Below are positions 59,221-64,000 of a stretch of DNA of 64,000 nucleotides, piece after piece. A program made the position numbers and the translations under genes. Origin of the DNA: Armatimonadota bacterium (lineage in GTDB: Bacteria > Armatimonadota > UBA10988). Positions within the stretch are counted from its first letter, which is position 1; each line of letters opens with the position of its first letter. Below the pieces are notes generated by a model, which was given only the letters and a program-made list of their open reading frames with translations, had not been told where the DNA came from and searched no databases. The stretch is from the NCBI GenBank assembly GCA_016235455.1, contig JACRKZ010000130.1, positions 1 through 64,000 of the forward strand, in the 5' to 3' direction.

Positions 59221-61617
59221 ATGAAACGCCTCGCCCTGGTCGTCGCGCTGGCTGTCCGCGCCGTCTGCGCGCAGCCCGCCACGCTGACTGTCGATGTCGC
59301 CCAACCCGGCCATGCCGTCAGCCCCATGCTGTGGGGCGTCTTCTTCGAGGACATCAACTGCTCGGCCGACGGCGGCATCTACGCCGAGCTGGTGCGCAAC
59401 CGCTCGTTCGAGGACGCCGACCAGCCGCGCTGGTGGTCGCTTCTCGATCGCGGCGGCAAGGGCGCGATGAGCGTGTCGCTCGAACAGCCGATGAACCCCG
59501 ACCTGCTGTCCACGCGCAACCGCCGCAGCCTCAAGTTGGCAGCCGAGGCGCCGCCGCTGACGGTGGCCAACGACGGGTTCTGGGGCATGGGCCTGCGCCA
59601 GGGCGCCAAGTACAAGCTCTCGCTCTGGGCGCGTGGCGCCGAGGGCTACGCCGAGCCGCTGAGCGTGGCGCTGGAGAGTGCCGACGGCAAGCCGCTGGCC
59701 CAGGCCAAGACCGGCGCGCTGACCGCTGCCTGGAAGCAGTATCAGCTCACGCTGACCAGCAGTGCGACCGACGCCAAGGGCCGGCTGACGCTCAGCCTGT
59801 CCAAGGCGGGCACGGTCTTTGTGGATATGGTGTCCATGTTCCCCGCCGACACCTACCGGGGCGGCCTGCTGCGGCCTGACATGATGACCATGTTGGCCGA
59901 GCTCAAGCCGGCGTTCGTGCGCTTCCCCGGCGGCTGCTGGGTGGAGGGCGACACCATGCAGCACGCCTACCGCTGGAAGGACACCATCGGTGACCCGTCG
60001 CTGCGGCGCACGCAGCACAACATCTGGAACTACGAGGCGACGCACGGGCTGGGTTACCACGAGTACCTGCTGATGTGCGAGCAGCTCGGCGCGGAGCCGG
60101 TGTTCTGCATCAATGTCGGCATGTCGCACCGCGAGAACGTGCCCATGGACCAGCTCGGCCCGTACGTGCAGGATGCGCTGGACGCCGTCGAGTATGCCAA
60201 CGCCCCGGCGAGCAGCCGCTACGGCGCCCTGCGCGCCAAGGCGGGTCATCCGGCGCCGTTCGCGCTCAAGTATCTGGAGATTGGCAATGAGAACGGGGGC
60301 CCGGCCTACGAGGAGCGGTACGCGGTGTTCGCCGCCGCGCTGCGGGCCAAGTACCCCGACCTGCACCTGATCAGCAACATCGTCACCAAGAACCCGCCCA
60401 GCGAGATCAACGACGAGCACTACTACGCCACGCCTGAGTTCTTCGCGCGCCGGTCGAGCATGTACGACGGCTACGACCGCAGCCAGCACCAGGTGTTCGT
60501 GGGCGAGTATGCCGTGACCCAGGGCACGACGCACTACGGCTCGATCAAGGGCGCCGTGGGCGAAGCGGCGTTCATGACCGGTCTGGAACGCAACTCCGAC
60601 GTGGTCCACATGGCCTCGTATGCACCGCTGTTCTGCAATCCCGACCACACGAACAACTGGTGGCCGAACCTCATCTACCACAACTCGGCGGCGGTCTTCG
60701 GCCAGCCGAGCTACTGGGTGCAGTACCTGTTCAGCCGCAACCGCGGCGACGTCGTGCTGCCGGTCGAGCTGGCGTCGCCGGCCGCGCCGGCACCGGTCCG
60801 CCGCGGCGGCATCGGGCTGGGCTCCTGGGCCACGGCCGTCGAGTACAAGGACATCCAGGTCACGCGCGACGGTCAGACGCTGTACTCCAGTGCGGACCTC
60901 AAGGACCTGAACGGCTGGCGGCGCGAGGGTCGGAGCGACATCGCGCCGAAATGGGCGGTGCGCGACGGCGCGATCGTTCAGACCGAGGCGGGCGCCACCG
61001 ATGCGCGACTGGTCTTCGGCGACCCCGCCTGGACCGACTACACGCTCACGCTCAAGGCGCGCAAGACCGCTGGCGACGAGGGCTTCCTCATCCTCTTCGA
61101 CCATCAGGATACGGGCAACTGGACCTGGTGGAACCTGGGCGGTTGGGGCAACAAGCAGCACGGCATCGAAGTGTCCGAGGGCGGCAAGGACCAGGTGGCG
61201 CAGGTGCCCGGCAGCATCGAGACCGGCCGCTGGTACGATATCCGCGTGGCGACCAAGGGTCAGAACATCAAGCTTTACCTGGACGGCAAGCTGGTGCACG
61301 ACTACACGTTCCGCGGCGCGGTGCCGGGCCTGCATGTCTCGGCCGTCAGCGACAAGGCCTCGGGCGACGTGATCGTCAAGGTGGCCAACGTGGCGCCGAC
61401 GGCCATCGTCACGCAGGTCAAGCTGGCTGGTAAGGTCGCCGAGAACGGCACGGTGCAGGTCACCACGCTGAGCGGCGACGGCGCCGACGATGCCAACTCG
61501 TTTGCCGAGCCGCTCAAGGTGGCGCCCCGCCGGAGCACGGCCAAGCTGGCTGGCGCGGTGCTCGACTACACCTTCCCCGGCACGTCGGTGACGGTGCTGC
61601 GGGTCCCAACGAGATAG
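59221..61617 (+). CDS. GH51 alpha-L-arabinofuranosidase with CBM and inserted lectin-like domain
   Basis: GVFFEDIN..DGGIYAELVRNRSFE, RFPGGCWVEG, GLGYHEY, EIGNEN, DEHYY, VGEYA, GLERNSDVV.MASYAPL. Confidence 0.93.
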   Translation: MKRLALVVALAVRAVCAQPATLTVDVAQPGHAVSPMLWGVFFEDINCSADGGIYAELVRNRSFEDADQPRWWSLLDRGGKGAMSVSLEQPMNPDLLSTRNRRSLKLAAEAPPLTVANDGFWGMGLRQGAKYKLSLWARGAEGYAEPLSVALESADGKPLAQAKTGALTAAWKQYQLTLTSSATDAKGRLTLSLSKAGTVFVDMVSMFPADTYRGGLLRPDMMTMLAELKPAFVRFPGGCWVEGDTMQHAYRWKDTIGDPSLRRTQHNIWNYEATHGLGYHEYLLMCEQLGAEPVFCINVGMSHRENVPMDQLGPYVQDALDAVEYANAPASSRYGALRAKAGHPAPFALKYLEIGNENGGPAYEERYAVFAAALRAKYPDLHLISNIVTKNPPSEINDEHYYATPEFFARRSSMYDGYDRSQHQVFVGEYAVTQGTTHYGSIKGAVGEAAFMTGLERNSDVVHMASYAPLFCNPDHTNNWWPNLIYHNSAAVFGQPSYWVQYLFSRNRGDVVLPVELASPAAPAPVRRGGIGLGSWATAVEYKDIQVTRDGQTLYSSADLKDLNGWRREGRSDIAPKWAVRDGAIVQTEAGATDARLVFGDPAWTDYTLTLKARKTAGDEGFLILFDHQDTGNWTWWNLGGWGNKQHGIEVSEGGKDQVAQVPGSIETGRWYDIRVATKGQNIKLYLDGKLVHDYTFRGAVPGLHVSAVSDKASGDVIVKVANVAPTAIVTQVKLAGKVAENGTVQVTTLSGDGADDANSFAEPLKVAPRRSTAKLAGAVLDYTFPGTSVTVLRVPTR

Positions 61618-61619
61618 AA

Positions 61620-61690
61620 GACCCACGGATCACGCAGATTGCACAGATGGACGGGCCTCTCATCTGTGCAATCCGCGTGATCCGTGGGTC
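61620..61690. repeat. 30-bp near-perfect inverted repeat built from CACRGAT units; probable bidirectional terminator or miniature repeat
   Basis: GACCCACGGATCACGCAGATTGCACAGATG (61620-61649) versus 61661-61690, one mismatch. Confidence 0.88.
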
Positions 61691-61707
61691 ATTGGCGCGA
61701 TCTGGTA

Positions 61708-63123
61708 TCAGACGCGCACGGGCGCGAGCAGCTCCAGGAGTTCGGTGGCCTTGTCCATCGGCAACTGAGTGTCGCCGCGGCTCTCGATGTTGAGCCGCAT
61801 CTGGCCGGCCTCGGTGTCGCTCTCGCGCAGGTTCATGCGCCAGGCGTCGAAGGTCAGCGAGATACCGTCGAAGCGGTCGACGTCAGCCTCGGCCACGTCC
61901 AGGTGCTCGATGACCATGGCAAACGCACGCTCCGCGTCGTTGACGGCGAAGCTGCGTTCGCCGCTGCACGGGTACTTGGCCACGCTGGCCCGCACACGCT
62001 CCGAGAGCTTGACGCCGGAGGTGGCCAGCAGCGACGCCACCAGCAGCCAGGGCACCATGCCGCTGTCGCAGTAGCCGAAGTCGCGGAAGTAGTGGTGCGC
62101 CGACATCTCGCCGCCGTAGAGCACGTCTTCGGCGACCATCAGTTCCTTGATGCGGGCGTGACCGGTGCGCGAGCGCACGGCCTGGCCGCCGGCGGCCTCC
62201 ACCATTTCCTGCGTGTTCCAGATCAGCCGCGGGTCGTGGATGATCTTGGCGCCCGGATAGAGCTTGAGCAACTGCGTGGCCAGCAGGCCGACCACGTAGT
62301 AGCCGTCGATGAACTCGCCGGTCTCGTCGAAGAAGAAGCAGCGGTCGTAGTCGCCGTCCCAGGCCACGCCGAAGTCGGCGCCGCTGTCCAGGATGGCCTG
62401 GCGCGTGGCGGCGTTGCTCTTCTGGTTCTTCAGCGGATTGGGCACGTCATTGGGGAAGTTGCCGTCAGGCTCGAAGAAGACCTTGACGAACTCGAACGGC
62501 AGGTGCGGCTCCAGTTCGTTGATGATCAGCCCGGCGCCGCCGTTGCCGGCGTTGGCGACGATCTTGAGCCGGCGGCCGTGCTCGCGTTCGAAAGCTTCCA
62601 GGTCGACCCCGCGCACGAAGTCGAGCAGCTTGCTCAGGTAGCTGGGCACGGCGTTCCAGCACTGGCTGCGGCCCGGATGCACGGCGGTCTTGAGCTTCCG
62701 CAGGCGCACCTTCTCCTCGATGGCCAGCAGGCCGGCCTCGCGGGTCAGTGCCTTGACCGCGTGGCGGCGCTCGTCCCAGGCCACCAGCTTCATGCCGTTG
62801 TCGTTCTTGGGATTGTGGCTGGCGGTGACCATGATGGCACCGCCCAGACCCGGCTGCGCGCAGGCGAAGTAGGCGAACTCGGTGCCGCAGAGGCCCATCT
62901 CGCGCGTGTCGACGCCACCGGCATTGAGGCCGCTGACCACCGCGCGCGCAATGCTCGGGCTCGACAGGCGGATGTCATAGCCCACGGCCACCGGCCCTTG
63001 CGGGCGTACCACCTCGGCATAGGCCAGGCCGATGCGGTAAGCCTCGCCCACGTCCCAGTCGGTCGGCACTTCGCCGCGCACGTCATATGCCTTGAGCCAG
63101 GGCAGCAGCTTGCTCTTACCCAT
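61708..63123 (-). CDS. manB: Phosphomannomutase (CpsG/ManB type)
   Basis: KAYDVRG, VTASHNP, PDGNFPN..PNP, WDGDYDRC, GGEMSAHHYF. Confidence 0.95.
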   Translation of the reverse strand: MGKSKLLPWLKAYDVRGEVPTDWDVGEAYRIGLAYAEVVRPQGPVAVGYDIRLSSPSIARAVVSGLNAGGVDTREMGLCGTEFAYFACAQPGLGGAIMVTASHNPKNDNGMKLVAWDERRHAVKALTREAGLLAIEEKVRLRKLKTAVHPGRSQCWNAVPSYLSKLLDFVRGVDLEAFEREHGRRLKIVANAGNGGAGLIINELEPHLPFEFVKVFFEPDGNFPNDVPNPLKNQKSNAATRQAILDSGADFGVAWDGDYDRCFFFDETGEFIDGYYVVGLLATQLLKLYPGAKIIHDPRLIWNTQEMVEAAGGQAVRSRTGHARIKELMVAEDVLYGGEMSAHHYFRDFGYCDSGMVPWLLVASLLATSGVKLSERVRASVAKYPCSGERSFAVNDAERAFAMVIEHLDVAEADVDRFDGISLTFDAWRMNLRESDTEAGQMRLNIESRGDTQLPMDKATELLELLAPVRV

Positions 63124-63138
63124 GTGTTGGTTCCTTCC

Positions 63139-64000
63139 TCAGTCGACCAAACGCACGCCACCGGCGCCCGCCAAGACGGCGACCAGGGCGCCTAGCGGCT
63201 CCATCTCGACGCGGCCGAGCCGCGCCGGCAACAGGACGGTGTCACCGGGATCCAAGCGCAGGCGCCCGCCTTCCCAGTTGAGCAGGCCCGAGCCTTCCAG
63301 CACGGTCATCACCTGTACCGACCGCTCATCGATGTCCCACCCCAGGTCGGACTCGGCGGCGATGCGCTCCAGCCGGTAGGCCGGCACATCCACGAGCAGT
63401 TCCCACACACCCCAGTCGGTCTCGAAGCCCACCGGCTGCACCAACGGCTCCGCGGGCGACACGACCTGCACCACGCGCCGCGCCTCGTCGATATGCACTT
63501 GCCGGCCGCGACCGTAGTCGTGGATGCGGAACGTCGTGTCGCTCGGCTCCTGCACCTCCAGCACCGCCACGCCCCGGCCCAGCGCATGGACCATGCCCGG
63601 CGCGACGCGCAGCACGTCGCCCGCATGGACGGCCAGCGGAGCCAGCAGCCCGGCGATGGAGTCGTCGTCCAGCGAGCGCTCGAACTGCGCCTGGGTCACT
63701 CCGGGTTTGAACCCGAACTGCACCACGGCGCCCGGCGCCGCGTCGACCACGACCCAGGACTCATCCTTACTATGACAGCCAGCGAACCACTTGTCGCAGT
63801 CGTCGGCGGAGGGGTGGACCTGCACGCTGAGGTCGTCGTTGGCGTCCAGCAGCTTGACCAGCAGCGGGAACCGGCCCGCCGGCCAGGCCGTGCCGATCAG
63901 TTCGGCCCCGAGCGTGGCCACCACGTCGGTCAGGCTCTGGCCCTCGAGTGAGCCATTGGCGATGCGGCTGGCGCCTTCGGGCAGGTCGGCCACCTCCCAG
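63139..64000 (-). CDS. manA: Class I mannose-6-phosphate isomerase, 5' end outside window
   Basis: WEVAD, FPLLVKLLDA.DDLSVQVHP, KDESW, PGMVHALG, EVQEPSDTTFRIHDYGR. Confidence 0.93.
   Translation of the reverse strand, partial: WEVADLPEGASRIANGSLEGQSLTDVVATLGAELIGTAWPAGRFPLLVKLLDANDDLSVQVHPSADDCDKWFAGCHSKDESWVVVDAAPGAVVQFGFKPGVTQAQFERSLDDDSIAGLLAPLAVHAGDVLRVAPGMVHALGRGVAVLEVQEPSDTTFRIHDYGRGRQVHIDEARRVVQVVSPAEPLVQPVGFETDWGVWELLVDVPAYRLERIAAESDLGWDIDERSVQVMTVLEGSGLLNWEGGRLRLDPGDTVLLPARLGRVEMEPLGALVAVLAGAGGVRLVD

Overview
High-GC (roughly 70%) bacterial chromosome segment, densely coding, about 52 genes. I found no rRNA, tRNA, CRISPR array or transposase. Gene content (many secreted glycoside-hydrolase and beta-propeller proteins, SLH/Wzi-like outer-membrane protein, TPR proteins) would fit an Armatimonadota-like diderm, but that is an unverified guess. 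Housekeeping genes: relA/spoT, tgt, groES-groEL, ilvD, queC, manA-manB, and a folP-folK-pilC-dnaJ-like-panC-nadX-nadC-ndk run. Other content: a redox cluster (NuoG/FdhA-like subunit lacking the catalytic Cys, plus nfnA-nfnB), an ECF sigma factor with an anti-sigma/VWA fusion, several two-component and c-di-GMP genes, and carbohydrate-active enzymes. Main anomalies: (1) an AT-richer, translationally coupled two-gene cassette at 8892-9778 (PD-(D/E)xK-like protein plus small helical partner), the best candidate for an uncharacterised toxin-antitoxin or defence module; (2) two convergent genes that both lack a stop at their junction near 16680 and so overlap by 2.55 kb; (3) two genes interrupted by in-frame TAG; (4) a phosphoesterase-GH50 fusion; (5) an insertion in the RelA hydrolase domain; (6) several unrelated REP/REPIN-like palindromes. 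All product calls come from motif recognition by eye; no database searches were run.
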